Below are positions 37,966 to 51,954 of a DNA stretch of 64,000 bases, piece by piece (the first letter of the stretch is position 1; each line of letters starts with the position of its first letter). The DNA is from Camelus ferus (taxonomy: Eukaryota). The notes under the pieces were generated by a model, which had not been told where the DNA came from, did no database searches, and was given only the letters and a program-made list of their open reading frames with translations. Made by a program: the position numbers and the translations under genes. The stretch covers positions 109,246,001 through 109,310,000 of the forward strand of contig NC_045696.1 in NCBI RefSeq assembly GCF_009834535.1, given 5' to 3'.

Positions 37966-40612
37966 CGGGGAAAACCAGTTCTCCGAGTTTATACAAACTT
38001 TCCAGACTGTTTTGTCTCCATCCACTAGAGAATAGTACCTCTTTGAAATGATAAGCTAAGGCGTCTGCCATGCTCGTTGCTCGCAGGCTTGTTGTGGTGG
38101 TTACAGGGCGTGAACCTGCTATTTGATGTCTCAGCCGTTAGTCTGCCACAAATGAAGACTTCATGTTTTAGCCTGTCTCGTGAGCTACGTGGGTTTTTCC
38201 TGAGTTAACGTAGTTGGAATGAGGTCTACCAGGCTGCTCAGTCCACGGGGCGGGCAGAATCCTCTTCCTCATGTTCCAAATGATGGTATCCCCTTTCAAT
38301 CTTTTAACTTAATTTTTTAAAATCAAAGTTATATATACATATTATTGTAAAAGTCAAATAATTCCCTACAACATTAGAAAAACAGTCTTCTGGTCCCCAG
38401 TCCTGCCCCTACTCCCATTCTCACTTGACTCCTTTAACATGTTTTAAAATATTTTCCTCCATAGTGCTAAGAATGCAATTTTATTGCTGCTTCTTGATTT
38501 TTAGGCATTATTTACTGATTGCCAAGTATGGGAGGTAAAAGATTTAGCTTTTTTAAAAGACTCTCACACATACTAACTCCCTCTCCTGCCATCAGTATTT
38601 AGGATTTATGCTATTTTGATAGTATAAATACTAGTCACAGGTGAGCCCCAAAGTATACTTTAATTGCCTTTGCTTTCTTGAACAACTTTTCATTTTCCTT
38701 GGATTTAATAATTGTCCTTTTCCTGCTGTGCTTGATTTTCTAGGTACTTATCTCTAAGTCCGTGTCCTCTTCTTGGAGACTGTTCCCAGGTCCTTCCGTC
38801 TCACACCCTCTAGCCCCCTTGGTTGACAGATGCGTCGGGCATCCCTCAGATCTTGGCTCCCCTGGCAGTGTTTCGCAGATGTGACACACAGCTTTTACTG
38901 GACTACACTCAGCTGCTTCTCCTCACTCTCTGCTCAGTCCTTTTCTGTAGCTTCTCTTCCCCTCTGGTCCCTTATGGTGATGCGCTCAGCATCATCTCAC
39001 CTCTCTTTTCCCCTCGCTCTACACATGCTTCCCTGATTCATTCCAGACTAACCACCCTGGCCTCTCCTGGATGGATGGCCATATCTCTAGCTCAGTTTTT
39101 CAGCTGAGCTCAGACCGACATTTCCATCTGCTGGTGGGACATTTCTGCCAGGACGTTCCACAGGAACCTCTAACTCGGCGTGTCCCAAACCAAAATCACT
39201 ATGTCACAACCTGAAATTGTTCCAAGTGCTTTTTGCTGTCTGTGAAACTTTGGGAAAGTTACTGCATTCTCATGGGATGCTACTGAATAATAAAATGGGA
39301 TGATAATGGATTCCTCATAGGATTAAATGATCTCATGAATCGCGATGTGTGTCAAGCACGCATCAGAGTGCCTTGCCATGCTGTCTGTGCTCAATAAATG
39401 GCCCTGATCATTAGTGGGAGCAGGAGGAAAGGATGGTAAGGGAGGTTAGCATTAATATTATCCTCTGTCCACAGTGGCATCACCATCACCTGTTCCCAAA
39501 TGCAAACCCTTGGGATTCATCCTTGGCCTCTGCTTCCTCCCCACAACCTTACTCACTATCATCAAGCCTACAGATCTTATTCCATAAATATCTCTCGCAT
39601 CAGGCCCCCTGGTCCCATCCTCACTGTCCTGCTCTGTTCAGGCCCAGCCCTCTCTCACTTAGTGTATGTGGAAGGCCTGCTGCCTGGTTCCCCAGCCTCT
39701 GATCTTACATTTCACTTCTAGCCCATCCTCTAAATTTTCACCAGAATGAACCACATGACATGCTTGTCTGACTGTCCTGTCTCTCTAGGCGTATTTCAGT
39801 AATAATGATAATTGTGGCACAGAGGGCAGAAAGCTAATATTTAAGATCATAACAGACTGCAGCTGCATCTCCCCCCCAGGTCGTGCATTCCTCCTGAGCA
39901 CAAGGCTCTTTGTTTGACAAAACACCTGGGTGGATGCATAAGGTGAACAACTGAGAATCTAAAACAGAGAGACAGTTAAACTCCTCTACAAAGGAAATAA
40001 GCCAAAATCTGGGGAAGTTAGAGGACATCTCGAACGGGAAAACCTTGGAGGGGGTACCATCTAGCCAGTGGGTGACTGGTGAGAATTGGGCCAAGGTGGG
40101 AGAGAGACTCACATAAAGATCAGAGGTGTCTCAAGACTTGGACCATTCTGTGCTGGTCTAAAACCCCTCTCATTCTGCCCTCAACCCCACTGCCTTTTAC
40201 CCCATATCTTTAATAAAGTTTATTACGTAAACACTGCCCTCCACGATCCTGCAAATGGAGGAAAGGGCTTGGTTCTGTCTAGGATCTGCTCGGACAACTG
40301 AGAGCAGGGGTGGAGTGTGCCCCTGGTGACACTGGGGATTCTGAGTAGGACGAAATCAGAGCCTGCAGATCCTAGGAACACAAGGGCAATCTTTGTAGGG
40401 GTGTGTGAACCTGAGTAGAAGCAAAGGTGGGGTTCCAATCAATTATGTTTAAATCTCGAAGAGTGTCGCCAGCTTCCCTTCCAGTGGGATCATCACTAGG
40501 ACGATGATTTCACAGCCATGTTTCCTATGGACCAGGCAACCGGTTGGGTGCTTTGCATGCACAGCCTCGTGTGCTCCTCTCCTTAATCCCTGCTGCAGAA
40601 CGGGTGTTACTG

Positions 40613-40732
40613 CGAGGAAGGTATAGCTCAGCAGTAGAGCGCGTGCTTAGCCTACCTGAGGTGCTGGGTTCAATCCCCAGTATCTCCATTAATAAATAAA
40701 TCTAATCACACACACCCCCAAATAAATATATT
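40613..40732 (+). mobile_element. Vic-1-type SINE nested in a MIR-like remnant
   Basis: gaaggtatagctcagcagtagagcg...gggttcaatccccag; degenerate TSD agaacgggtgttactg / agaattggtgttattg. Confidence 0.85.
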
Positions 40733-42400
40733 AGAATTGGTGTTATTGACTCCATTTATAAAGGACCTATAACTTGCCTGGGGTCACAAAGCTGGAGAGG
40801 GTCAGGGAGTTGGGGTCAGAGCCCAGATCTATCTCATTGTTATTCAGTGTTTTCTCCTTACTGTTGGATAAACTCTCAGACCCTCCCATGGGTCCCAATC
40901 TTCTAACTGTGGTCAAATAAAAAGGCAGATTCAATTTCAGTTCTGAATAAAAAAATCAAGTCTGCGCATATCATTTTGCAAATTGCAAGAGGTTGCTCCA
41001 AGGAAGCACAGTGACCCCATCAAGGGGACCCAGTGGATTAGAACAAAGTTTCTTTCAATCTAAGCCCAGTGCGTCTTCCACTATACCAGTTTCCCAAACG
41101 TGGTCTACAGAATTGGTGATGCCACTAGGTGCACCGTGAGAAAGCATCATGCAGTTAATCAGTACGGAAGTTATTGAGTAAAGTTTACCAGGACTTCTCC
41201 GAGCAAAGCAATGTACCTTTGCTTCTCCAAAAGCAGGCATTGGCATGCCATGTTTCCTAAACTTATAAAGTTTGGTGGAGCAACTGTAAGCCTCTTATCA
41301 AGCCATTGTATCATAGAACAGAGTTTGGAACTCTGACTTTCCTCGGACAAGCACTTACCTGGAGGAAATGCAGACATTGCGTTAAGCACGGGTTTTAAGT
41401 AGTGCAAACTGACCACCGACAAAGATGATATTTTCTCCAGGGAGAATGAGGAACCCCAGTCCTGCAGGGTCTCATGTATTTCCCGATAGAATTGGGTGGT
41501 GACAGACACTGAAGAGAAGGGATCCTACTGAGTAAGGGAAGGAACTCCATGGGCTTTGGAGAAAGGACAGAATCTGTGTAGAATGAGACCAGGTCTAAAA
41601 AACTCACACCTATCAGGTAAGGACTACTCCGCAGGACTCAAACTGCAAGGATGACATACAGCTTTATTTTTCTCAGTCAAACCTTGCTCTGAGACCCACT
41701 CATAATGGTCAGCAAAAAGTCCTGTACCAGTCACTTTTGGTGACTCTTACCCCTTTCCTCAGGTCATACCAGAAGCCCAAGCTTGTCTAGTCCAGAACAA
41801 TGGGGAAAGATGAGCTTCTGGTCATAGAAGACCCGTGGGAGGGTTTTCAGTGTTACTCCTGCCATGCAGATTTGGACCAGCACTGATGCTCCAGGGAGAA
41901 CTCTGAAATGGCCCTCCCAGGGCCATCGTCACAGACAGGGCTCAGTTACGGGGACCCTGTGGCAACTAGAGCCACCAGGCAGTGTCCACAGACAACCAGC
42001 CTCCTCACAAAACCTGAGACTCTCCCCATTTCCAGCCACAGTGAGGTTTTCTCAGCAACTGGTTACATCCCTCATTCCCTGGAAGTCCTAACCCAGCCCC
42101 CACCTCCACTCCCAATTCATCCAATTTAGCTTCTGTAACCAAGCTCCTGATAACACAGGGCTGGTATCTCTTCTGGGGTTCAGATGAGCCAGGCTGACCT
42201 TAGGCATTAAAAATACCAGGAACTTAAAGATCCTCTCAAAAAGGGAGGGGAAAAAATGACTTTTCTTTCTTTGGCTGATGAATCCATAGCAGGTACACCT
42301 AACAGCATCATTCAAAGAAGGAGAGGGAGGAGGAGGTGGGAGGGGCGGGGAGAGGAGGAGGAGAGGCAGGAGAAGAAGAAATTTTTCAAGAATGCATTAT

Positions 42401-42683
42401 TGGGAAGCATAGGGCTTAGTGGTAGAGTGCATGTTTAGCATGCACGGGGCCCTGGGTTAATTCCCCAGTACCTCCATTTAAATAAATAAACAAATAAACA
42501 AACCTAATAACCTACCCACCTCCAGAAAAAAAATGTTTAAAAAATCTTTTAAAAAAGGGGGAAGGGTGGATCTCAGTGGGGAAGGTTTAGCTTAGTGGTA
42601 GAGTGCATGCTTAGCATGTGCAAAGTCCTAGGGTTCAATCCCCAGTACCTCCATCACGTACATACATACATACATACATACAC
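42401..42683 (+). mobile_element. Two tandem Vic-1-type SINEs; the second has a doubled head and a (TACA)n tail
   Basis: cttagtggtagagtgcatg appears twice (~42415 and ~42591). Confidence 0.85.
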
Positions 42684-43419
42684 CTGCATCCTCAAGGACC
42701 AACACGGGTTCAGGAGCCCATGGAGGAGGAGGCAGTCAAGAGTCAGGAAGTATCTGAGGAAAACCAATACCTAAGAGAGAGCAGCAAACTTGACAAGAAA
42801 GACTGATGACTGAGGAAAGAATGAGAACAAAGACCAGAGTTTAAATGCACGTGAGCAGTTGCTTCAGAATGCACTTGGGCTCCTGATCAAACTACCTGAA
42901 ATCGATTCCCAGCTCTACCACCTTCTAGATGTATGGATGGAATTGGGCCAAGAATGTGCCTCGATTTCCTAATCTATAAAGTGTGGATTTAAATAATCCC
43001 AATATGGTAGGATTATTGTGCAGATTAAATAAAATAATCCATGTATAAACACTTACCTTGATTAAGTAGCCAATAATAAGTGCTCAGTGAATGTTAGATA
43101 CTTTATTATTATTATTAAAAAAAAAAAACAAGAACTGGCTGTGGTAGAAAAGTGACCATTTGAGAATTTGTAAATTAAAATCAAATCTATAGCATTTTTT
43201 TAAAATGAAAAGGATGAAATGAACAGTATGACAGACACAGATAAAAAGGGAATTAGGACTGACATCTGGCCAGTGTACCTCAGAGGGGCCCAGCCTTTAA
43301 CTGGCCTTCCCTTCTTCCCCTCCAGGGAGGCAGAGCTCTGGCTGGCATGCCTGGGAGTGGGGAGTCGGGGTGGAGATTGGTGAGTCTGGGGCTAACTTTT
43401 GGCAAGCAGGACCAAGAGT

Positions 43420-45030
43420 GTGCTTACCTGTGGAAGGACTGAACAGATAAGCAGATATACCGAGGGTGGTGGGAGCCAGGTTTCTGTCTGTCGGAGGAAG
43501 GAGTCACAAACAGGGAATGAGGAAGAAATGGTGTGAGAATGAAATCAGAGGTGTTGACGAAAAGTCATAGATTTCATAGATCCGCTGTGGGGGGGGCACA
43601 TATACACACAGGAATGTACATACATAAATATGTACATTTCCTTGCTCTGTCTCCTCAGAGGGCCTAGACCCAATTATATCCCAGTAGCAATAAGTATACT
43701 TGAGCTCCCAAATCTTGATCTCTGAATACCACTCTCTCCTAAAAGGAACTGGGGCTCCTAAGAGAAATGGGCTGATTTCAGAGCTGGGACAGAAAAGTAC
43801 AAGAGGAGACAAGAATATTTTGTTGTCCCATAAAGTAAGAAAATGCTCAACCAATGCTAGAGACGTACCAAAAGACATAGGGACCAAGTGAAGGGGCTCC
43901 CACTGGCCAAATCTCAAATATCCCCAAATATATTTTGAGGCTGAAAATATATGATAGTATGAGATTATAATCATTGAATAAAATAAGAATTCATGAATCC
44001 ATACAGATATAAATAAATTATAAAAATAAATAGGAGAAAAAGGAAAGGTCTCCCTTTTGGTTGAATGCCAACTGAATATGGAATGAATAATAAAGTTAGA
44101 AAATCATCAACGGGTGATCAAACTAGTGGATAAAAGTTTGATGAAGAACCGGAGATTTACATCATCTCAAAGTATCTCTACCCAAATTTCTTACTAATTG
44201 CAAGGGGAAAAACAGCAATTTTACAAAAAGAAATGCATCAGATAGCACAGTAATCAGGTGATCAAGATTAATAACATCAGTTTGGGCCAAACCAACATCA
44301 TTTGCCTTCTGATATAATGCATTGAGAAAAATATATGGTTTCTGTGATGTTCTCGCCCAAAATGTGTAAACCTGAATCTAATCATGAGGAAACATCAGGC
44401 AACACCAGTTGGGTAACATTCTACAAAATACAAGAACAGACAAAAGAAAGGTTGAGGAACTTTTCAGATTAAGGAAACTAAAAGGACATGAGAGAAAAAT
44501 GCAATGTGTGAATCTGGATTGGATCCCAGAGCAGGAAAAAACAGTTACAAAGACTTTGAGACACTTGATGAAATTTGAATATGGACCATGGATTAGAAAA
44601 TAGTATTGTAATCAGAGTTAAATTCTGTATTTTGAAAATTGTACTATGTTTATGAAAGAGAATGTCCTTGTTAGGAAATGCACCACGAAGTGCTTAGGGG
44701 TAAAGGGGTATAATGTCTCCAACCTATTCTCAAAGGGTTCAGAAAAAAAAGATGGGTATTTATCTATCGAACTGTCTAGGGATGATAAGGGAAATGGAGC
44801 TGAGAATTTCCTGGAATTTTTAAAAGACACCAGATCCAGGAATCTCAATAAATTTCAAGCAAAGTAAATGCAAAGATAGCCACATTTACATACACCCTAG
44901 TGAAACTGTGGAACACCACTGGAAGAGATCTCTTTAAATAGCCATAAAGGAAAGACAGATAATGAGTCAAAGTGGCAGTTAAGAGTTACAACTGACTTTT
45001 CAAAAGCAACAATGGAAACCAGAAGACAAG
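43420..45030 (+). mobile_element. Ancient L1M (L1MC/MD-like) fragments
   Basis: aatctaatcatgaggaaacatcag, ctggattggatccc, gaatgtccttgttaggaaat are typical L1M 3' motifs. Confidence 0.6.
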
Positions 45031-45034
45031 TAAC

Positions 45035-46260
45035 GAAGAGTATGTTCAGAATACAGGAGATCTCTTAGGATGTCCCTTAGTTTACTATGTTGATTAGGGT
45101 CAATGACAATGACTATGACAATCCAATCTGTTGTTGGAGAAGAGGTTTTTGCCTCGCTCAGGGAAAGAATTCAAGAGCAAGGCATGGTAAAGGGAAAGCA
45201 AGACTATTTAGAGAGAAACACACTCCATAGACAGAGTGGAGTCTGTCTCACTCAGAAGGGAAAACAGCTTAGGAGATACATATTCCATAAACAGAATGTG
45301 GGCCGTCTCAAAAGGTGAGAGGGAGAGAAGCCGAGAGGTGTTGGGTGTTCGGTTAAAAGTAAAAGTAGTAGATTTAGGTTTTATGGGCTGGGTAATTTTT
45401 ATATGCTAGTGAGTAGGAGGATTATTCCAACCACTTTGGGGAAGGGGCAGGGATTTACAGGAATCGGGCCTTGCCCACTTTTGGACCTTTATGGTCAGCC
45501 TAGGAATTATCCATGGCTCTGTGGCTGTGCCATGAGGCTCATGGTCTACTGGAAGTTGAATCTTCCGCCCTCTTGGTTCTAATCAGTTTGTCCTGTCCTC
45601 AGTTGCTGTGTCACTCCTTCAGTGGTTGTGCTCAGCCCCCTTTCATCCTGTCTCAAATCCAGGCAAGATTAGTAATGGCCAGACCGTTTAGGAATGCAGG
45701 TTTGGGTCATCCTACCAGATGAAGAACCAAAAACCAGCTGAGGTGCTCACTGAAGGCAAATGGAATACAGAATGGGTAGGAGAAAAAGGTAGTTATAACT
45801 ACCAGCTACAATCATGTAACCAGCTATAGCAATAAGGAGTGTAATTTTAATAAATTTTGTCATATTTATTTCTTCCATTTGGGAACTATTTGTCCCAAAC
45901 ACACTTTATTATGAATAAAAATTTATTTTGTTATGAATGTTTGAGTATACACATATATTAAGCAAATATCTTTGATTTCTTTCCATTCTTATTCCTTTGT
46001 CATGTAACATAAGATGTATTGACTTTATATCAGTTTATTAATTTCACATCAGAGTATGTAAGTTGCATGATATCAGGAGAAGAATAAACATCACTCAAGG
46101 ATTTTCCCTCCTCTTCTGGGGAAGAAATTAGCGTGTTTTCAGGTGCACACAGGATAGTTGTATCATGCTGGCAGAGTTATGATCTTATTATTGTTTTACT
46201 TAGAGATTAAGTATAGTTTCAGGAGATGAGAATGGGTGCCAAGTTTACAAGAGGTGGACT
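45035..46260 (+). mobile_element. ERV-L internal 3' segment (pol/dUTPase end to polypurine tract)
   Basis: gaatacaggagatctcttagg...gctgaggtgctcactgaaggcaaatggaatacagaatggg...gccaagtttacaagaggtggac immediately before an MLT2 LTR. Confidence 0.75.
45129..45655 (-). mobile_element. ERV1-class solo LTR nested in ERV-L
   Basis: TG...CA termini, 4-bp TSD AATC (45125-45128 / 45656-45659); the host sequence rejoins across it. Confidence 0.8.
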
Positions 46261-46961
46261 TGTGGTGGTCAATTTTATGTGTCCACTTGACTGGGATACA
46301 GGATGCTCAGATAGCTGGCAACATATTATTTCTGGATATATCTGTGAGGGTGTCTCTGGAAGAGATTAGCATTTGAATCAGTGGACTGAGTAGAGATCAC
46401 CTTCACCAATGAGGGTGGGCCTCATCTGATCCAAGGACGACTTGAAAAGAACAAAAATGTAGAAGAGAACTCGAATTCCTTCTCTGCTTGAACTGAGACA
46501 TCTATCTTCTGCCCTCTGAATTCAGCACTCCTGGTTGTCAGGCCTTTGGCTAGGATTTAAATTACACCATTGCCCCCAACCCCTTCTGCACCCTTTGGAT
46601 TCAGACTGAATTACACTGCAGGCTTTTCTGGTTCTCCAGCTTGCAGACAGCAAATCCTGGGACTTCTTGACCTCCATAATCATGTGAGCCAAGTCCCATA
46701 GTAAATCTCTTATCTCCCCTCTCTCCCTCTTTATATATAGATAGATAGATTATTATATATGTCTATATAATAATATAGTATGTTATTATATACCATATAA
46801 TAATTCTATATAATAATATATTTTCTAAATAGTATAACATATAATACATATAATAAATAAGTAAAATATGTATATTTATTTACTTACTAAATATATATAT
46901 TTACTTATTTATTTATGTTTATATCCTATTGACTGTTTCTCTGGAGAACCCTGACTAATAC
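46261..46961 (+). mobile_element. MLT2 (ERV-L) 3' LTR with expanded TA-rich tract
   Basis: tgtggtggtcaattttatgtgtccacttgactgg...ctctggagaaccctgactaatac. Confidence 0.85.
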
Positions 46962-47414
46962 CTGAATAATACAATTGGTTACAACAACTAAGAGTGGAAT
47001 AGTCAATAAATGCAATAAATAGTGTTTGAGAGAAATGGCTCCCCATATGAAAAAATAAAATAAAATAGTGTCCTATGCTATATAAACATAAATTCCAGAC
47101 GAATTAGGGAGCTATTTTTTTAAGGTACAAAGGTATTAGGAAAACACAAAAACTATTAATTGTGGAGTTTTTCTTAAGCAAGACCCAAAACGCAGAAGCC
47201 ATAAAGGAATCGACTGTCAGATTTATCTAAAGTAAAAATCCAAAATTTAAATTAAGTAAAGGACATCACAAGTAAGGTTAAATGACAAGCAGTTACAGCA
47301 AAAGAAAATAACTGCAAATCAAGAAAAAGGACAAACCACCCACTAGAAAAACAGTCAAAAGCTGTAAATTAAGTGGGCAGTTAATACCCACCAGAAGATG
47401 CTCAATCTCCCTCG

Positions 47415-47894
47415 TGTCGACTAAAATAAATGCGCAGCCTAAAAGTTGAGAGATACTGTTTTATTTGGCGAAAGAACTTGAGCCGGGATGACAGCCTCTC
47501 AGATGGCTCTGAGGGACTGCTCCAAAGAGATAGGGGAGGAGCTAGGATATATAGGAGCTTTACAACAAAGACCAGGTAGTTGGAACAATAAAAGATTGCT
47601 TGTTATCTAAAGAAAATCAGGCATCTCAAGTTTAAGAATTTAGTGCTTTTCTATGTATGGGAGGCAGCAAACACTTGGGCTCACTGAATTCATTCCTTTG
47701 ACAAGCACCTAGCTATCTAGGGCCAGTATCCTGTCCTTTTTTATTCTGAGTCCCCTCAGAGTGCACCACTGTGAGTGGCTGCAGAGGCCGGGCTGCAGGC
47801 TTGTCTTCACTGGGGGGTGGGCGTAGCGGCTGATGACTTGATAGTTTCAGCATTCTTTGTTTACTGATATGGTTTGCAGTATTTTTCGTTCACA
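47415..47894 (-). mobile_element. ERV1-class solo LTR inserted in L1M
   Basis: tgtcgact...gttcaca termini, TSD ctcg/ctag; host gatgctcaatctcc|ctagtaatcagagaaatgc rejoins. Confidence 0.8.
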
Positions 47895-49229
47895 CTAGTA
47901 ATCAGAGAAATGCAGATTAAACAAGTTATTTTTCTTTCCCCAGACTGTCAAAAGCAAAATGAAAACCAGTGATACATTACCTTGTCTTTCATACATACCA
48001 CTGGTGGAAGCCTACATTGGTAAAAATCTTTCAGAGGGCAATTCAGTGGAATCTACCAACATTAAAGGATAACTCCCTTCGACTCTTCTGAGAATCTACC
48101 CTTCTCAATATCTACATATGTGCACAAAGATGCAGGGGCAAGGATGTATGGTCCCATCACTAGAACCATGAAATGCAAGCATCCTCGAGACCTCAACTTA
48201 TTTTGTTCAGGGAAAAAAGCAAGTCATGTCAACTATTACCTTTGGTACGATCCCATTTCTGAAAAACTGAAAGAAACCACATACACATATAGAGTTGCCT
48301 GTCTAAGTACATATATATGTAGGTAAATTTTCAGACAAAGGGCTCTAAAAACACACACCAAACTGGGAGGTGGTGGAGACAGATGACGGCTTATGTCAAG
48401 AGGGATATTCATGTTTTCCTCTGTGAACTTCCGAGCCACTGGACTCTTTCACAACACAATGGGTTAATATACTTATTACTTGTGGAGGGAGAAGGTTTAA
48501 AAAGTAAACTGCTCACAGAAGCGTTCCCAACTGCTGCTTGCAAAGGAAGGAGCTGTTTTCAGAACTTAGAGCCAGTCCCCTTGTTTTAGATCCCTGCCCC
48601 AGCTGAGTGAGCGCAGTCCAGGTGGGGGAGCTGTTCTCAGGGCTCCGTGTGTTGGCGTCTATCCTTGTGGACACGAGCTGGGACTCTAAGTGGACATCAG
48701 TCTACGCATGATCACCCCAGTCATTTCCGTTAACCCGGAGGCCCCACCGCTTCCCGCCCGACCCGGGCTGGCTCAGCGCTGCCACCCATCCACCCTGCTG
48801 CATCTCAAGCCCACGGCTGGCCTTTTTCAGGAGCAGTGAAACAAGTCTTGGGCAGATAGTATTTTCTGGGGCTTCTGAAACTTGTCTCCCAGAGGAGAAT
48901 AAGGTTGACCACAGTGACAAGCAAAATCAAGAGCGGGGCAGTGGGTAGAGTAGGACCATATCTGTTGCCTTGGTTTCCTCCAGGCAAAGAAACCTCAGGA
49001 GGCTGGAGTCAGGGCTTCCCAGCATTTTCACACTGAGGCTTACTCTGAAATTTCAAAAATTACTACCCATACCCTGATAAGGGAGGGAGAGGGGACTCCT
49101 TCAGAGATGGGTTAGGGGTTGTAGGAAGACTTTTGTGTGAGACCAAGTACCCCACAGAGACAAGAGAGACTGGGAACTGGTTCCTCCTCTGGGGAGTTAA
49201 AGTGTTGGGAAGTCACAATTTTAATCTTA

Positions 49230-49660
49230 TTCAGAAGTTAATGTTTGAGTATAGATTTGAAGAAGGGAAAGATGAAGCCATGTGGATGACATGAGGAAGA
49301 GCATTCCAGCACGAGGAAGAGTACAGGGAAAGGCCCTGAGGTAGGATTGTGTCTGATGTGCAAGGAAGCCATCGTGACTGGAGCTAAGTGAGTAGGGGGA
49401 GAGTAGAAGGAGGTAAGATCAGAAGGGTAGGGAGGAAGGCAGAGTGAGAACTGCCTTGACAACTTGCAAGGACTTGGCCTTTTGTTCTAGATGAATTAGG
49501 GAGCCATTGGCAGTCTAAGAGCCAGGGAGTGACATAATCTGGCTAAGGTTTATCAGGATGGCTCTGGCTCCTGTGTTGAGAACAAGCTAAAGGAATAAAG
49601 GGAAAGCAGAGAGGCAGTGGGGCGGCAACTAAAGTAGTCCAGAAGAGAGTGTTAAGAGCT
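49230..49660 (-). mobile_element. L2 fragment
   Basis: gagcattccagc...aaggccctgagg...gagtgacataatctgg...tggctcctgtgttgagaa. Confidence 0.6.
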
Positions 49661-51870
49661 GAGATTTTCTTGACAGAGTGGTCAGCATCACCTGGAGGGC
49701 CTGTGATACACTTTGGGGGACAGGGACTCCTTAGAACAAGTGATGAAATGTACATGTCACTTCTCTGTGTGTTGCAGTCCACTTCGCAGAGTCTGGGGTG
49801 GAGCCTAGGAACTTGCATTTCCACACGTTCCCAGGTGATACTACTACTGGTCTGGGAACCACACTTTCACAGCCACTAACTTTTTCTTCATAGCACTGAT
49901 GAAAATGTGCAATAAATATTTGTCGTACCTCCTCAAGGAAGCTCCTTATTCACCCCTGTGTCCCAGTGACAAGTGTGATGTCTGGCATTAATGTCTCGAG
50001 CTTGACTCTGGGCCAGGCATGATGCTAAACTGAATGAATTTCTTGAGGATCCCTGGTTTGAACGGTTTAGAAGTAACTGGCGAGGAAACTTTCCAGGAAG
50101 TGGTCATTAGAGGGAAGGGATTAACTATAATAATAATAACAATGGGTGTGACAGCCACCCACTCCAGTGTCTGCCTAGGTGTTTTACTCACATCTTCTCC
50201 AGTTAAATCCTGTAAAAGCCCTGTGGGTCTGGCATTATCACCCCTGTTTTATGAATGAGGAAACCAGAGGCTCAGAGAGTTAAAGTAATTTTCCCAAGGT
50301 CACACCACTAAAAAGTACCAGAACCCAGCCAGGCCTGACTGACAAACAGCTCTGAGCTGTTTATATCACAGACTACCTCAAGAAGTCACTGATAAGAGGA
50401 GATTGCTTTGAAGACAGGAGCTTCCTTACTTGGTGACTGTGAGTCATTTTCAAACATGCAGGGATATGCCATCCTTTAAACAAACAAACAAACAAACCAC
50501 TTCCTGTCTGAATTGAGAGCCTGTTCACACAGCTTCCCAGCCCCAAGCCCTTCTTGACAGAATTCTGGTCCCCCAATAGGTAGCAGTGTTTGCCCCCAAA
50601 GAAGTATTTTTGCTGACCTTTGTGATTTTATCATTCTCTGGTGGAGCACTCTTCCTCAGCCCTCATCCTCTTCCCAGCTTCCTTTTGTAGAATCATGGGC
50701 ACAGTATTCTGTGCTGGGGAGCTGAGGCTTTAAGTTTGAGGCCGGTTTATCTCTAAATGGAATCCATCCCTTGCTAAAGAAGGAGAGAAATCAAGTTCCA
50801 GGACTTCCCGTCTCATGAGCCCCTCTCTTTTCCACGACTCTCCCCACAGGATAAAAATAGCAGCCTCCCAGGGCCTCACTGCTGGTGCAGCAATTGTGCA
50901 CTGAAGCTGGGCCTGGCAGGGGGCAGCTGCTCCCAGAGGCGCGGGCCTGATGCGAGGTATAGGGGCAGAGCAGGGTCCTGCCCACAGGGGCTAGGTGACC
51001 CGGGCCTGGCCGGACGCTTGGGAGCCTGCGCAGAGAGAAAGGGACCCTGGAGCAGGCTTAACCGCTGGCAGTGGGTTGCTCACATAAATACATCACGAGG
51101 TGAACGGGCTCTCTGAGTTGCCTTTAAAACAGACGAGGTGTATTCGTGATTCTTAACCTCTTTGAGGGACAGGGACTCCTAGAACAAATAATAAGTACAT
51201 ACCACTTCTCTGTGTGTGCTCAAGCCTGCACACAGCACAGGCTGCGAGACACACACTTTTGTACACAGTTTCATACGGGGTAGGGGGAACTGTCAAAGCC
51301 TGCATGGACCACGGGGTAACAACTTCAAATACAGGTTGATTATACAGACGCCGAACGATTATTAAAAATAAAAATGTGTAACGTGTAAGAATAAGATTAC
51401 TAAAGTTTGCTGAGTAAGATCTTCTTGGAAGATAAATGTATATAGTATGTATAAGTGCGAAAACAGACAGAGAAATGTTAATGTTGACCTCTGTTGGCAG
51501 GATAGAAGGTGATTTCTATTTTTCTCTATTTTCTCTCCAAACAAAAAGCATGTTTCTCTTTGCAATCAGAGCAGCCGTATCCAGGCATTTCCCTGGGTCT
51601 GCTCAGCTGTAGGAGGGGCGCGGTCGTCCATGGACCCTCCGTCCCGGGAGTGTGTGTATGTGTTGCAGACAATAGACGAGCAAATATCAGGCTAGTGACA
51701 ACGTGGGGTGGGGACACTATCCTTAAGAGGGTGACCTGAGACCCCCTCGCCCGCGGAGGAACTGGAAAATCAAAGCGCCGGAGCGGAGCGGGCGGTGCGT
51801 GCGCGCGCGCTCTCGGGGCGGCAGCGGCGCGCACGGGCGCGCCTCCGCGGCCCGCCCCCCGCAGCGGACG

Positions 51871-51921
51871 ATGCCGCCGAGGAGGCGGCGGCGGCGGCGG
51901 CGGCGCGCTCCGGTGGTGTGA
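51871..51921 (+). other. Candidate uORF1 (MPPRRRRRRRRRAPVV*) over the GGC repeat
   Basis: ATG CCG CCG AGG AGG (CGG)6 CGC GCT CCG GTG GTG TGA, out of frame with RYK. Functional only if the TSS is upstream. Confidence 0.4.
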
Positions 51922-51954
51922 AGCGGCGGCCGGCTGCCACGGGCCGGCGGCGCG

